Shown here piece by piece: positions 48,091 through 57,439 of a DNA stretch of 64,000 nucleotides. Location: the NCBI GenBank assembly GCA_035602245.1, contig DATNMO010000020.1, positions 45,648 through 109,647 on the forward strand, given 5' to 3'. The notes beneath the pieces are model-generated. The model had not been told where the DNA came from and ran no database searches. It worked only from the letters and a program-made list of their open reading frames with translations. Positions within the stretch are counted from its first letter, which is position 1; each line of letters opens with the position of its first letter. This DNA is from Gemmatimonadales bacterium (lineage in GTDB: Bacteria; Gemmatimonadota; Gemmatimonadetes; Gemmatimonadales; GWC2-71-9). A program made the translations under genes and the position numbers.

Positions 48091-49115
48091 CGCCGCCGGA
48101 CGCCGAGCCCCGGCTCGGTGGGCAGGCGGATCTGACCCGCGTCGATCGTCGCACCGGCGAAGGGATCGTCTATCGTGAGGGCGGCGCCGTCCAGGTCGGC
48201 CGCGTCCACGAGCGGCGTGAAATGCGCCGCCGCCGTGATGCCGAGCGACGTTTCGATCATGCAGCCGACCATGACCAGCATCCCGTGGGCGCGGGCGGTC
48301 GCGATCATGCGCAATGCCTCACGCAGCGAGCCGCACTTGGCAAGCTTGATGTTGATCCCGTCGGCGCGGCCCGCGAGCCGCGGGATGTCCGCCGCGACGA
48401 GACAGCTTTCGTCCACGACGACGGGGAGATCGTGCGCGGTCGCGTGCCGACGCACCTCGGCCAGCCCGTCCAGATCCTCGGGGACGAGGGGCTGCTCCAG
48501 GAACTCGACGCCGTATTCCTCCAGGACGGGAATCATCTGCTTCGCCCGGGCGACGGTCCATCCCGCGTTCGCGTCCACGCGGATCGGCTTGGGGGTCGCG
48601 TCGCGGATGGTCCTTAGGATCTCTTCGTCTCGCTCGGTCCCCAGCTTCACTTTGAGAATCGGATAGGCCTCGGCCTCGCGGACCTTGGCGCGCATCTTTT
48701 CGGGCGTGTCGAGCCCGATGGTGAACGACGAGAGCGGCGCCTTCTTCGGATCGAGACCCCAGAGGCGCCACAGCGGCTGGCCGAGCCGTTTGCCGACGAG
48801 GTCGTGCAGCGCGGCGGAGAGCGCGGCACGGGCGGCGCCGTTCCTCGGCACCACCTGCTCCCACCGCGCCTCCGCGGCCTCGAGGTCGAAGGGATCGCGC
48901 GGCAGCTGGGCGGCCAGCCGCTGGAAGGCCGCGAGCACCGTCTCGAGTGTCTCGCCGTAGAAGGACGACGGATCGGCTTCGCCCCACCCTTCCAGGCCGT
49001 CGTCGTCGACGATCCGCACCCACGCGCGCTTGTACCCGTTCGTCGAGCCGCGGGCGATGACAAAAGGATGGCGAGTGGTGATGGAGCACTGCTCGACGAG
49101 CAGCTTCAGAGCCAT
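48087..49115 (-). CDS. L-Ala-D/L-Glu dipeptide epimerase (enolase superfamily)
   Basis: GWGEA, LKVKLG, RVDANAGW, FLEQP, VDES, INIKLAKCG, MVGCMIE, DLDG. Confidence 0.9.
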   Translation of the reverse strand: MALKLLVEQCSITTRHPFVIARGSTNGYKRAWVRIVDDDGLEGWGEADPSSFYGETLETVLAAFQRLAAQLPRDPFDLEAAEARWEQVVPRNGAARAALSAALHDLVGKRLGQPLWRLWGLDPKKAPLSSFTIGLDTPEKMRAKVREAEAYPILKVKLGTERDEEILRTIRDATPKPIRVDANAGWTVARAKQMIPVLEEYGVEFLEQPLVPEDLDGLAEVRRHATAHDLPVVVDESCLVAADIPRLAGRADGINIKLAKCGSLREALRMIATARAHGMLVMVGCMIETSLGITAAAHFTPLVDAADLDGAALTIDDPFAGATIDAGQIRLPTEPGLGVRRR

Positions 49116-50131
49116 CGATTCTTCTTGAGCCACAGGAGCATCACACCCGAAACGGCCACCATCGTGAGCAAGGCGCCGTAGAAGCCAAACGGGTGGTGCG
49201 TCCACGGCATCTGACTGAAGTTCATCCCGTAGATGCCGCCGACAACGATCAAGGGCAGCGCGATCGTCGCGACGATCGACAGCTGCTTCATCACCTTGTT
49301 CATCCGGTTCGACGTCTGGGACAGGTAGGTCTCCAGCACGCCGGCCATCAGATCGCGAACGGTGTCGACCGATTCCACGATGCGGATCGTGTGGTCGTAC
49401 ACGTCCCGATAGTAGAGCTGGGTATCAGCCCGGATGTGCGTGCAGGGGCGGTTCGTCAGGATGTTGAGGACTTCGCGCAGCGGGCCCACGTGCCGGCGCA
49501 GGCTGAACGCGGCGCGCTTGGCCTTGAAGATCTCGTGGATCAGTCTCTCGTCGAACTGCTCGAACAGCCGCTCCTCGAGCCCGTCCACCAGCACGTTCAG
49601 CTGCTCGACGAGGGGGAAATACGCGTCGACGGCTTGGTCGATGATGTTGTGCATCGTCATCTCGGCGCCGCGCGCGAGCAGCTCGGGATTGCGCATCAGC
49701 CGGTCCCGGACGGTCGCGCAGCTCTTCGAGGGGATGGCGTGCACGGTGACGAGGAAATTCTTCCCGAGAAAGAAATACATGTTCGACGTCGCGAGGTCGA
49801 ACGGATCGGGCGTTCCCTCGTCGAAGCGGACCACGGCCATCACCACGAACACATAGCGGTCGTATTCTTCGAGCTTGACGCGGGTGCCGGGGGACAGCGT
49901 GTCTTCGATCGACAGCGGGTGAAACTCGAACACTTTTTCGAGCAGCGCGTGCTGATGCATGCTCGTGCTGTCGATGTCCACCCACAGCTCGCCTTCGCCG
50001 GCCTGGAGAATCTCGCGGATGCGCGCGGGCGAGATGTCCTGCTCCAGCGTCCCGTCGGGCCGGCGGTAGATGCTGGCCGGCCAATGCTTGGAGGCTTGCG
50101 GCTGTTGCGGCGGTACGGTTGTGACGGTCAC
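49106..50131 (-). CDS. corA: CorA-family Mg2+/Co2+ transporter
   Basis: FHPLSIED, YRDVYDH, GGIYGMNF. Start uncertain (GTG 50131). Confidence 0.93.
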   Translation of the reverse strand: MTVTTVPPQQPQASKHWPASIYRRPDGTLEQDISPARIREILQAGEGELWVDIDSTSMHQHALLEKVFEFHPLSIEDTLSPGTRVKLEEYDRYVFVVMAVVRFDEGTPDPFDLATSNMYFFLGKNFLVTVHAIPSKSCATVRDRLMRNPELLARGAEMTMHNIIDQAVDAYFPLVEQLNVLVDGLEERLFEQFDERLIHEIFKAKRAAFSLRRHVGPLREVLNILTNRPCTHIRADTQLYYRDVYDHTIRIVESVDTVRDLMAGVLETYLSQTSNRMNKVMKQLSIVATIALPLIVVGGIYGMNFSQMPWTHHPFGFYGALLTMVAVSGVMLLWLKKNRWL

Positions 50132-50135
50132 ATCT

Positions 50136-51035
50136 TCAAGATAGCGCACGCACGTGTGCGACGACACCGGCCGCGAGCAGGTCGAGCCGATACCCGCCCT
50201 CCAGGACGCCGACCACCGGACGCGCGCCCATCCGCTCGCGCAGTGTCACGGTCCAGTGTGCGATGTCATCGGGCTCGAGCGTGAATTCGCCGAGTGGGTC
50301 GCCTGCCAACGAGTCGAAGCCGGCCGAAATGAGCAGCAGGTCCGGGCTCCAGCCCAGCAGCGCCGCGTCTACCGCGATCAGCAGGTCCCGGACGTACACG
50401 GTGCGCGCCAGACCGCCCGGTCGGGGCACGTTGAAGACGTTCCCCACACCGCGCTCCTCGGCCGCGCCCGTGCCTGGATACCATGGATACTGATGCATCG
50501 AGACGAATCGGATCGATGGATCTCGCTCGACGAGCGCCTGCGTGCCGTTGCCGTGGTGCACGTCCCAGTCGACGATCAAGACCCGGGCGCAGCCCAGCGC
50601 CTGCGCGTGGCGGGCGGCCAGCACGACATTATTGAGGAAGCAGAATCCCATCGCCTGGGTCGCAAGGGCGTGATGGCCGGGCGGCCGGGTCACCCCGAAC
50701 GCCGATCCGCCCGCCAGTCCCTGCTCCACCGCCGTGAGCGCAACGCCCGCCGACGCAAGCACGCTCTCCCAGCTGCGGGCGCCGAGGAACGTGTCCGCGT
50801 CCAACGCTCCCCCGCCACGCGCTGCCATCGCCTCGAGCATGTCGAGGTATGCCGCGGGGTGCACGCGCTCGAGCGCTGGGCGCGTCGCCGGTGGTGCCTC
50901 GACCCACTGCCCGAGCGTGGCAGGCTCGCGCCGCAACGCCTCCAGCACGGCTTCGAGGCGTTGCGGGCGTTCCGGGTGTCCCGCGCCGCCGTAGTGGTGC
51001 CGGCAAGCCGGGTTCCAAACGACCGAAGTGGACAC
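50136..51035 (-). CDS. Histone deacetylase family (AcuC/AphA-like) amidohydrolase
   Basis: HPERPQRL, RPPGHHA, GFCFLNN, DWDVHHGNGTQ, SAGFD, LEGGY. Confidence 0.95.
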   Translation of the reverse strand: MSTSVVWNPACRHHYGGAGHPERPQRLEAVLEALRREPATLGQWVEAPPATRPALERVHPAAYLDMLEAMAARGGGALDADTFLGARSWESVLASAGVALTAVEQGLAGGSAFGVTRPPGHHALATQAMGFCFLNNVVLAARHAQALGCARVLIVDWDVHHGNGTQALVERDPSIRFVSMHQYPWYPGTGAAEERGVGNVFNVPRPGGLARTVYVRDLLIAVDAALLGWSPDLLLISAGFDSLAGDPLGEFTLEPDDIAHWTVTLRERMGARPVVGVLEGGYRLDLLAAGVVAHVRALS

Positions 51036-51284
51036 CTAGTTCCGAAGGTGCGTGTGCAACAGGTCGCGGAGGGACTCTGCTTCGCGTTTCAGCTCCTGCC
51101 GGGCATCGGCGAGCTCCGCCAGGGCGCGGCGATAGCGCCGCCAGGCCAGGATGACGACGACGGCCACGACCGCGCAGACGGATGCGGGAATGAATCGGCC
51201 CGCCAATGCGAATAGCAACGCGTCGAGCACCAGAAACCCGACGGCAAACGTCGTAACGATTCGGCTTGCGGCAGGCGGCTTCAC
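51036..51284 (-). CDS. Small 2-TM membrane protein with coiled-coil tail
   Basis: GTG overlaps the upstream TGA; TAG abuts the HDAC start. Confidence 0.7.
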   Translation of the reverse strand: MKPPAASRIVTTFAVGFLVLDALLFALAGRFIPASVCAVVAVVVILAWRRYRRALAELADARQELKREAESLRDLLHTHLRN

Positions 51285-51571
51285 CGTACGGGCTGGCGCC
51301 GTGCCGGTAGCACGATAAACGGAGCGTTTGGCCCGGCGCCGAGGGTGCCGAGCGTCACCGCTTCGTCGAGGACCGCTGCGCCCCGGAACTTGACGACGTA
51401 GTCCTGCTCGTCCACGATGGCACGCTTGAGAGCCGCTACCAGCGCGTCGTGCTTCAGCTGCGCGACGGTCGTGCCCGCGTCCACGGGCACCACCACGGTA
51501 TCCCACACGGGCGTCACCATGACGCGCACCGGAAACCGCTCCGCCACCGACGCCGCGAGGGCGGCGCTCAT
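51281..51571 (-). CDS. Ubiquitin-like beta-grasp protein (96 aa), no C-terminal Gly-Gly
   Basis: VRVMV..DTVVVPVDAGTTVAQLK..YVVKFRGAAVLDEAVTLGTLG..FIVL follows the ubiquitin hydrophobic pattern; ATGA/GTGA overlaps on both sides. Confidence 0.6.
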   Translation of the reverse strand: MSAALAASVAERFPVRVMVTPVWDTVVVPVDAGTTVAQLKHDALVAALKRAIVDEQDYVVKFRGAAVLDEAVTLGTLGAGPNAPFIVLPARRQPVR

Positions 51572-51849
51572 GCGACCTCGACTTGCGAGGCGAGCGGCAA
51601 CGTCGAGAAGAAGCGGTCCACCGCCTGGTCGAAAAGGAGTGTCGATGCCCGGACCCGCGTCACGCCCTTCTCCTTGTCCTCCCACGCAGCGAAGACCACT
51701 TCCTCGCCTCCTTGCCCGCGCAGCACCACGAAATTCGGACCGCTCTTTTCCAAGAAGGCGGCGGCATTGGGCACCCGTTCCGCGAAGAACTTCTGGACGC
51801 GCGCCAATACCTCAGCCGGGGGCAGAGCGACCGTGGTCGTGTGGGTCAC
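51568..51849 (-). CDS. Hypothetical protein (93 aa)
   Basis: Coupled by GTGA and ATGA overlaps; alpha/beta globular-looking sequence. Confidence 0.7.
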   Translation of the reverse strand: MTHTTTVALPPAEVLARVQKFFAERVPNAAAFLEKSGPNFVVLRGQGGEEVVFAAWEDKEKGVTRVRASTLLFDQAVDRFFSTLPLASQVEVA

Positions 51850-52952
51850 GGCGTTGGCAGGATCGTGATACCGGTGGGCTGACGTGGCACCGCGGTGCTC
51901 GCCACCCGGACGCGCGTCGCCAGGTCGATGACATCCACGGCGCCGGGATCGGCACCGATGCTCTCCACCGAGATGAACGCCCAGCGGCCGTCTGGGGAAT
52001 AGGCGACGCCATGCGGCAACGGCTTGGACGTGGGGATGCGGGCGAGCTCGACCAGCGTCTGCGCGTCCACGAGCGACACGCTCCGCGCCTTCTTGTTCGT
52101 CACGATCACCCAGCGTCCGTCGGCCGAGGGCTCGACGTTGTACGCCCCCGTCCCGACGGGGATCTCCTTCACGAGCTCGAGCGTCGCCGCGTCGAGCACC
52201 TGGAGCGTGTTGCCATGGTTGCAGGCGACATAGAGGCGCTTGTCGTCGGGCGACACCGACACAAACGTGGGCGAGCAATCGCGGCCTCCCTCCCCCGCGG
52301 CGCCCGCCGCCGGCGCCGATGCGGGGGCGACTGCGTGCATGGCCCCCATGATGTGCCCGGTACCCTCTCCCGTCTTGTGGCGCCGCCGGATGCGGAACGA
52401 CTGCCGGTCGATTTCCAGAATCTCGTCGGAGTTCATGCAGGACACGTATACGAGCGTACCGGCGTGATTGACCTTGACGCCGTGTGGCATGTCGCACGCC
52501 GGCAGGTTCGTGAGCGGTGTCATCGTGGTGGTCTGCACGATGGTGACGACGTTGACCCGGGGGTGGTCGCCATGGAAATCCGAGTTCGCGACGAATGCCA
52601 GGGCGCCGTCGGGAGTCAGCGCGATCGTAGTCGGGAACATCTCGACCTGCGCGCGGCCCAACAGCGAGTCCGAGCCCGCGGCGAACTTCCACAAGGAGCC
52701 GTACGGGGTGCCATGCGCGATCGTCACGTACCATGCCGAGCCGTCGGGCGCCACGGTGACGTTGTGCGGCCCATCGATGTCCACCGGCATCACGCCGACG
52801 GGGACGACCTTGGCCGTCGTGAGGGTGGTGCCATCCCAGACCAGCTCGGTGACGATGTCGCCCGACTCGCTGGCCACCAGGATCCGATAGGACGGAGCGG
52901 GAAGGGTCAGGGCCAGACTGCCGAGGAGTGCGACGGCGGAAAAGAGGCGCAT
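51846..52952 (-). CDS. YncE/YVTN-type beta-propeller exported protein
   Basis: Signal peptide; repeats PHNVTVAPDG, PTTIALTPDG, PHGVKV, PTFVSVSPDD, PHGVAYSPDG. Confidence 0.9.
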   Translation of the reverse strand: MRLFSAVALLGSLALTLPAPSYRILVASESGDIVTELVWDGTTLTTAKVVPVGVMPVDIDGPHNVTVAPDGSAWYVTIAHGTPYGSLWKFAAGSDSLLGRAQVEMFPTTIALTPDGALAFVANSDFHGDHPRVNVVTIVQTTTMTPLTNLPACDMPHGVKVNHAGTLVYVSCMNSDEILEIDRQSFRIRRRHKTGEGTGHIMGAMHAVAPASAPAAGAAGEGGRDCSPTFVSVSPDDKRLYVACNHGNTLQVLDAATLELVKEIPVGTGAYNVEPSADGRWVIVTNKKARSVSLVDAQTLVELARIPTSKPLPHGVAYSPDGRWAFISVESIGADPGAVDVIDLATRVRVASTAVPRQPTGITILPTP

Positions 52953-52995
52953 CGAAAAAAAGATAGGTGGGCTGCGGTGGGCCGCAAAGCCCGGC

Positions 52996-54714
52996 TCAAC
53001 GAGCGGCGAGACGGCGCTCCGGCAGGCAGTGTTCCGTAGCGGTCAGGATCTCTTGCAGAACGTCCATCTCCACGGGTTTGGTGAGATGGTGGTCGAATCC
53101 CGCCTCCCGCGAACGGCGGCGGTGCTCCTCCTGGCCCCAGCCCGTCAAGGCGACCAACGCGACACGCTTGCCCCACGGCTGCGCCCGGATCTGCTTCGCC
53201 ACCTCGTAGCCGTTCAGCTTCGGCAGGCCGATATCGAGGATCGCGATGTCAGGTTGGAATGCCGCCGCCGCCGTCACCCCCTCGACGCCGTCGTGCGCCG
53301 TGCGGACCTCGTGACCAAACATCCGCAGCAGCATGCCCAGGCTGTCGGCGGAATCCTGGTTGTCGTCCACGACTAAGACGCGGCAGCGAACGTGCGCGTG
53401 GGCCTTCTGCTCCGCGCCGGCGGTCTGCCACGGCAGGTGATCGTGGCCCTTCGTGGCAGTGGGCAAGCGGACCGTGAACTCGCTCCCCATCCCCGGACCC
53501 TCGCTGTGCGCCGACACCGTGCCACCATGCAGGTGCACGAGCCGTTCCACGAGCGACAGCCCCACCCCCAATCCGCCTTGCGCACGCTCGACGGTGAGCC
53601 CCGCCTGAGTGAACATGTCGAAGATCGTTGGCAGGACGTCCGGCGCGATGCCGATGCCGTTGTCCTTGACTCGGATGACCGCCGCGTCGCCTTCGCGCGC
53701 CGCGGTCAGCGCGATGCGGCCGCCGGGATCGGTATACTTCGCGGCATTGTCCAGCAGGTTCGCGACGACTTGCACAAGGCGGGTCGGATCCCCATCGACG
53801 AAGACCGGCTCCGGCGGCAGCGTGACCTTGAGACGATGGCCCGCCTTGTCAATCAACGCGCTGCTCGCTTCGACCGCGCTCTTTACGATGTTTCCGATGT
53901 CCAGGCGTTCCTGGCGGAGATGGATCGTGCCCCGGGTGATGCGGGAGACGTCAAGCAGGTCTTCGACCAGCCGGCTCATGTGCTCCGCCTGCCGGTCGAT
54001 GATGCTCGTTGCCCATTGCAGCTCGGAGGGAGCGGGCGACCGCGCCCGCAGGATTTTGACGGCGTGGCGGATCGGGCCGAGCGGGTTGCGGAGCTCGTGG
54101 GCAAGCAGCGCCAGAAACTCGTCCTTGCGGCGGTCCGCCTCCTGAAGCGCGCGCTCCGCGTCTTTTTGCGCGCGAATATCCCGCGCGACCTTGGACACAC
54201 CCACGACCTTCCCCGCCCGATCGCGGATCGGCGAGATGGTCAGCGAGATATCAAGCAGACGGCCGTCCTTGGCGTGACGCACCGTCTCGTAATGCTCGAT
54301 CCGCTCGCCGCGACCCAGACGCTGGAGGATCACCTTCTCCTCGTCCAGTCGATCCGCCGGGATGATGACGGTAATGGAATGCCCTATTACTTCCGCGGGC
54401 GTGTATCCGAATAGCCGCTCCGCCCCCGCGTTCCAGGACGTGATGATCCCTTCGAGCGTCTTGCTGATGATCGCGTCGTCCGAGGATTCCACGATGGCGG
54501 CCAGCAGCGCCTGCGAAGGTGGTGGGCGCGGCGGCGATTCGAACGATGACGTCACCGGCTTCGCCTCACCCGCTTCATTCTCCGCGAGACACAATGAGTG
54601 GCAATACAGCGCTTCCCCCCCGTTCCGATCATCCGGGAGCGGGGCACGGAGAATGACCGGGTCACCAGGGGTCTTGGAAATCGGCTGGCCACACAAGCAG
54701 CACTTGTGGTCCAC
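52996..54714 (-). CDS. Hybrid sensor kinase: Cys/His-rich N-terminus - PAS - HisKA - HATPase - receiver
   Basis: AIVESSDDAIISKTLEG, LAHELRNPL, NLLDNAAKYT, DNGIGI, GGLGVGL, VVDDN..DIGLP. Confidence 0.93.
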   Translation of the reverse strand: MDHKCCLCGQPISKTPGDPVILRAPLPDDRNGGEALYCHSLCLAENEAGEAKPVTSSFESPPRPPPSQALLAAIVESSDDAIISKTLEGIITSWNAGAERLFGYTPAEVIGHSITVIIPADRLDEEKVILQRLGRGERIEHYETVRHAKDGRLLDISLTISPIRDRAGKVVGVSKVARDIRAQKDAERALQEADRRKDEFLALLAHELRNPLGPIRHAVKILRARSPAPSELQWATSIIDRQAEHMSRLVEDLLDVSRITRGTIHLRQERLDIGNIVKSAVEASSALIDKAGHRLKVTLPPEPVFVDGDPTRLVQVVANLLDNAAKYTDPGGRIALTAAREGDAAVIRVKDNGIGIAPDVLPTIFDMFTQAGLTVERAQGGLGVGLSLVERLVHLHGGTVSAHSEGPGMGSEFTVRLPTATKGHDHLPWQTAGAEQKAHAHVRCRVLVVDDNQDSADSLGMLLRMFGHEVRTAHDGVEGVTAAAAFQPDIAILDIGLPKLNGYEVAKQIRAQPWGKRVALVALTGWGQEEHRRRSREAGFDHHLTKPVEMDVLQEILTATEHCLPERRLAAR

Positions 54715-54748
54715 AGCGCGACCGTCTCTCCTGCGAGGCGCAGCGACT

Positions 54749-54764
54749 CGCAATTAGCGTGCCT
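54749..54764 (-). promoter_or_regulatory. Candidate sigma-54 (-24/-12) promoter of the hybrid kinase
   Basis: Minus strand AGGCAC-GCTAA-TTGCG (GG-N10-GC); overlaps one arm of a perfect 10-bp inverted repeat (54757-66 / 54777-86). Confidence 0.55.
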
Positions 54765-54800
54765 TAGCCTTGCAGATAAGGCACGCCGGCACCTGACGTG

Positions 54801-54995
54801 TCAAGCGCGAGACGGGTGTTGGCGCGGCACGTTAGCGCCCTTCTTGCGAGCCTCCGACAAACCGATCGCGATCGCCTGTTTCCTGCTCGTTACACGGCCA
54901 CCGCGGCCGCCCTTGCCGCTGCGCAGTGTCCCGCGTTTCCTCCGCCGCAGCGCGCTCGCGACGCGCTTGCTGGCCGCCTTTCCATACCGTGGCAT
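54801..54995 (-). CDS. DUF6496-like small basic protein
   Basis: GTLRSG..VTSRKQAIAIGLSEARKKGA.VP. Confidence 0.85.
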   Translation of the reverse strand: MPRYGKAASKRVASALRRRKRGTLRSGKGGRGGRVTSRKQAIAIGLSEARKKGANVPRQHPSRA

Positions 54996-55090
54996 AGAAC
55001 CTCACATACGAATGTGGATGCGACCCGTGAAATACCCGGCAACGGCAAGCGGTTCCACCACTTGCCGTTAGATCCTTCGGCGGGAAAGAA

Positions 55091-56020
55091 TCAGACCGGC
55101 TTCTTGGGAGCGGACGGATGCGCGTCGGGGTCTCGGCGCGCCACGTCGCTCGGCGGCGGCGCCACGCCCTCGCGGTACTCGGCATATACTCGCGTCAACT
55201 CGGCCCCGAGCAACACGATCTGGGCCGAATAGTACACCCACGTCAGCAGCACGATGACCGAGCCGGCGGCGCCGTAGCTGGACGCGACGGTCGAGCGGCC
55301 GAGGTACAGGCCGATGAGGTATTTGCCGATCGTGAACAGGATCGCGGTCACGAAGGCGCCGGTCCACACGTCACGCCAGGCGAGGCGGACGTCGGGAAGA
55401 AACCGATAGATCAGCCCAAACAGGAGCGTCACCACTCCGATCGAGACGATGACATTGAGCACCTGCCACAGCGCGGGCCCGCCGATCTCGCCGCGCTGAA
55501 TGCGGGCCGTGACGGCCGCCAAAGCCGCGCTGACCAGCAACGACACGAGCAGCAGAAACCCGATCGATATCACGAGCCCGAACGATCGCAGTCGGTTGAT
55601 CACGAGCTGCTTGATGCCGGACTTCTTCGGGTCGGTCTTGACGCGGAAGATGGTGTTGACGGCGTGCTGCAGCTCCAGGAACGCGCCGCTAGCCGCGAGG
55701 ATCAGGGTGGCCGTCCCGACAATGACGGCCAAGGTGCCGGTCTGGTTCTTGTGCGCGCCTTCGAGCAGCGCCTGGACTGCTCGCGCCCCCTCCGTGCCGA
55801 TGAGTTGATCGATCTGCCCCACGATCTCGCCGCGCACCGCTTCGGCCCCGAAGATCGACCCCGCGATGGCAATGGCAATGATCAGAATCGGCGAGATCGC
55901 AAACAGCGTGTAGTAGGCGAGCGAAGCGCCCAGGCGGGGGACGTTGTCGCTGGACCAGCCCTTGACGGCGGCCCACAGCAGCCGCAGGGCGAGCGGCGCG
56001 CGGACCTTCTTAAGATTCAC
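55091..56020 (-). CDS. YihY/virulence factor BrkB family protein
   Basis: DNVPRLGASLAYYTLFAISP, YGAAGSVIVLLTWVYYSAQIVLLGAE. Confidence 0.93.
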   Translation of the reverse strand: MNLKKVRAPLALRLLWAAVKGWSSDNVPRLGASLAYYTLFAISPILIIAIAIAGSIFGAEAVRGEIVGQIDQLIGTEGARAVQALLEGAHKNQTGTLAVIVGTATLILAASGAFLELQHAVNTIFRVKTDPKKSGIKQLVINRLRSFGLVISIGFLLLVSLLVSAALAAVTARIQRGEIGGPALWQVLNVIVSIGVVTLLFGLIYRFLPDVRLAWRDVWTGAFVTAILFTIGKYLIGLYLGRSTVASSYGAAGSVIVLLTWVYYSAQIVLLGAELTRVYAEYREGVAPPPSDVARRDPDAHPSAPKKPV

Positions 56021-56172
56021 GGGGGTGGTGCGGACTGGTGATCGACTTGGTCGTCATAGGAGGGGTTAAGCTTGCAAGTCTCCGTCCAACGCCGCAACGG
56101 CAATGCTGACAGGTCTTCTGCCACGACCGCCCCGCCCGCTTGTCAAAACGGCAACAAAACGGCCCCAATACG

Positions 56173-56188
56173 TGGCATGCCCATTGCT
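56173..56188 (+). promoter_or_regulatory. Sigma-54 (-24/-12) promoter of hsp20
   Basis: TGGCAT-GCCCA-TTGCT, a near-perfect consensus, 37 nt upstream of the ATG. Confidence 0.7.
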
Positions 56189-56225
56189 CCACGAAATGGT
56201 GTAACCCTTTCCGGAGGATGCACAA

Positions 56226-56828
56226 ATGTTCTTGACCACTCGCAATTTCTCGAGAGAATCGGCCACGGGGCTCTCCCCCCTCAGTGATCGGATCCAACGT
56301 CTGCTGACTGAAACGCTGGGCGGCGCAGACTGGCAGTACCGCGACAGTGCCGCGGCGTCATGGGTGCCGGCCGTGGACGTGTTCGAAGAGGGCGACAACA
56401 TCCGCATCACGGCCGAGATTCCCGGGGTCAAGCCCGAGGACATCAAGATTTCCCTGGAAGGCAACCTGCTGACGCTCCACGGCACGAAGCAGCAGGAGGC
56501 CGAGGAGCGCACGGAACGCGTCCACCGCTACGAGCGTATGTACGGGGCGTTCGAACGGACGTTCACCCTGCCTGCCTCCGTGGACCCGCAGCAAATCAAA
56601 GCATCGTATGACAACGGCGTCCTGACGGTCGTGCTCCCCAAGAGCGAGAAGGCTAAGCCCCGCCAAATCGAGATCGCGGTCGGTAGCGGGAGCCAGGCTC
56701 GCCAGGTCGGCGAGGGGAGCCGTAAGCAGGGGAGCCAAGCAAGCGAAGGCAATCAGGGCGGTCAGTGGAGCCCACAGCAGGAGCGCTCCACTTCCCGTCA
56801 GAGTGAGAAGGAAAAAACCTCGCGGTAG
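56226..56828 (+). CDS. Hsp20/alpha-crystallin small heat-shock protein with long Gln/Ser-rich tail
   Basis: WVPAVDVFE, AEIPGVK, ERMYGAFERTFTLP, YDNGVLTV, PRQIEI; GGAGG RBS. Confidence 0.95.
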   Translation: MFLTTRNFSRESATGLSPLSDRIQRLLTETLGGADWQYRDSAAASWVPAVDVFEEGDNIRITAEIPGVKPEDIKISLEGNLLTLHGTKQQEAEERTERVHRYERMYGAFERTFTLPASVDPQQIKASYDNGVLTVVLPKSEKAKPRQIEIAVGSGSQARQVGEGSRKQGSQASEGNQGGQWSPQQERSTSRQSEKEKTSR

Positions 56829-56851
56829 TTGGCGCGAGAGTTCGTCACGCC

Positions 56852-56883
56852 GGGGGCCTCAGCGCATCGAGGCCCCCGCTTTA
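56852..56883. terminator. Hairpin between convergent genes, probable intrinsic terminator
   Basis: GGGGGCCTC-N8-GAGGCCCCC followed by GCTTT. Confidence 0.6.
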
Positions 56884-56885
56884 TG

Positions 56886-57425
56886 TCAAGGAAGCAATTC
56901 CGGGGGGATCGGGTTATCGGGCCGCTCGTCATCCCAGATCGCGCCCGCGATCCACCAACGTCGGCCGTCCCAGAAGAGCTCGATGCTGTTGACACCGCGG
57001 CCTTGCACCGGCCCGGTGTCCGTGGTGCGGAATTCGTACGTGCTGAAGACGTGCGCGATGTTTCCAAACCGCCGCACCACTCTATGGATTTCCCGCTCAA
57101 AGAAGCCCTGCCGCACGAACCCCGCGTCCACACGCCGCACGAACTCGGCGTGATCCATCACGGCCGCGACCGGTCGGCCTTCGCCCACGCTCATCGCGAC
57201 GAAGCGCACGCCGGGGATGTAGAGGCTGCTGTCGCGGCGCCATTGTCGCGGCTGTCCCGCGGGCCCGGAAATCACCTCATAGAACGCGCGCAGCATGCCA
57301 TCCATCGTCGCCACGTCCTCCGTGCGGGCAGGAGGTGGCGGCGGCGGCGGCGGCGACTGCGCTGTGGCAAACGCGGGTACCGCGAGGGCGCAGAGTAGTG
57401 CGCACTGTCGTGAGTAGAAGCGCAT
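56886..57425 (-). CDS. Exported NTF2-like hypothetical protein
   Basis: Signal peptide; AFYEVISGPAG..FFEREI..FGNIAHVFSTYE..GVNSIEL..RWWI. Confidence 0.8.
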   Translation of the reverse strand: MRFYSRQCALLCALAVPAFATAQSPPPPPPPPARTEDVATMDGMLRAFYEVISGPAGQPRQWRRDSSLYIPGVRFVAMSVGEGRPVAAVMDHAEFVRRVDAGFVRQGFFEREIHRVVRRFGNIAHVFSTYEFRTTDTGPVQGRGVNSIELFWDGRRWWIAGAIWDDERPDNPIPPELLP

Positions 57426-57439
57426 TAGTCCCCTTTGTG

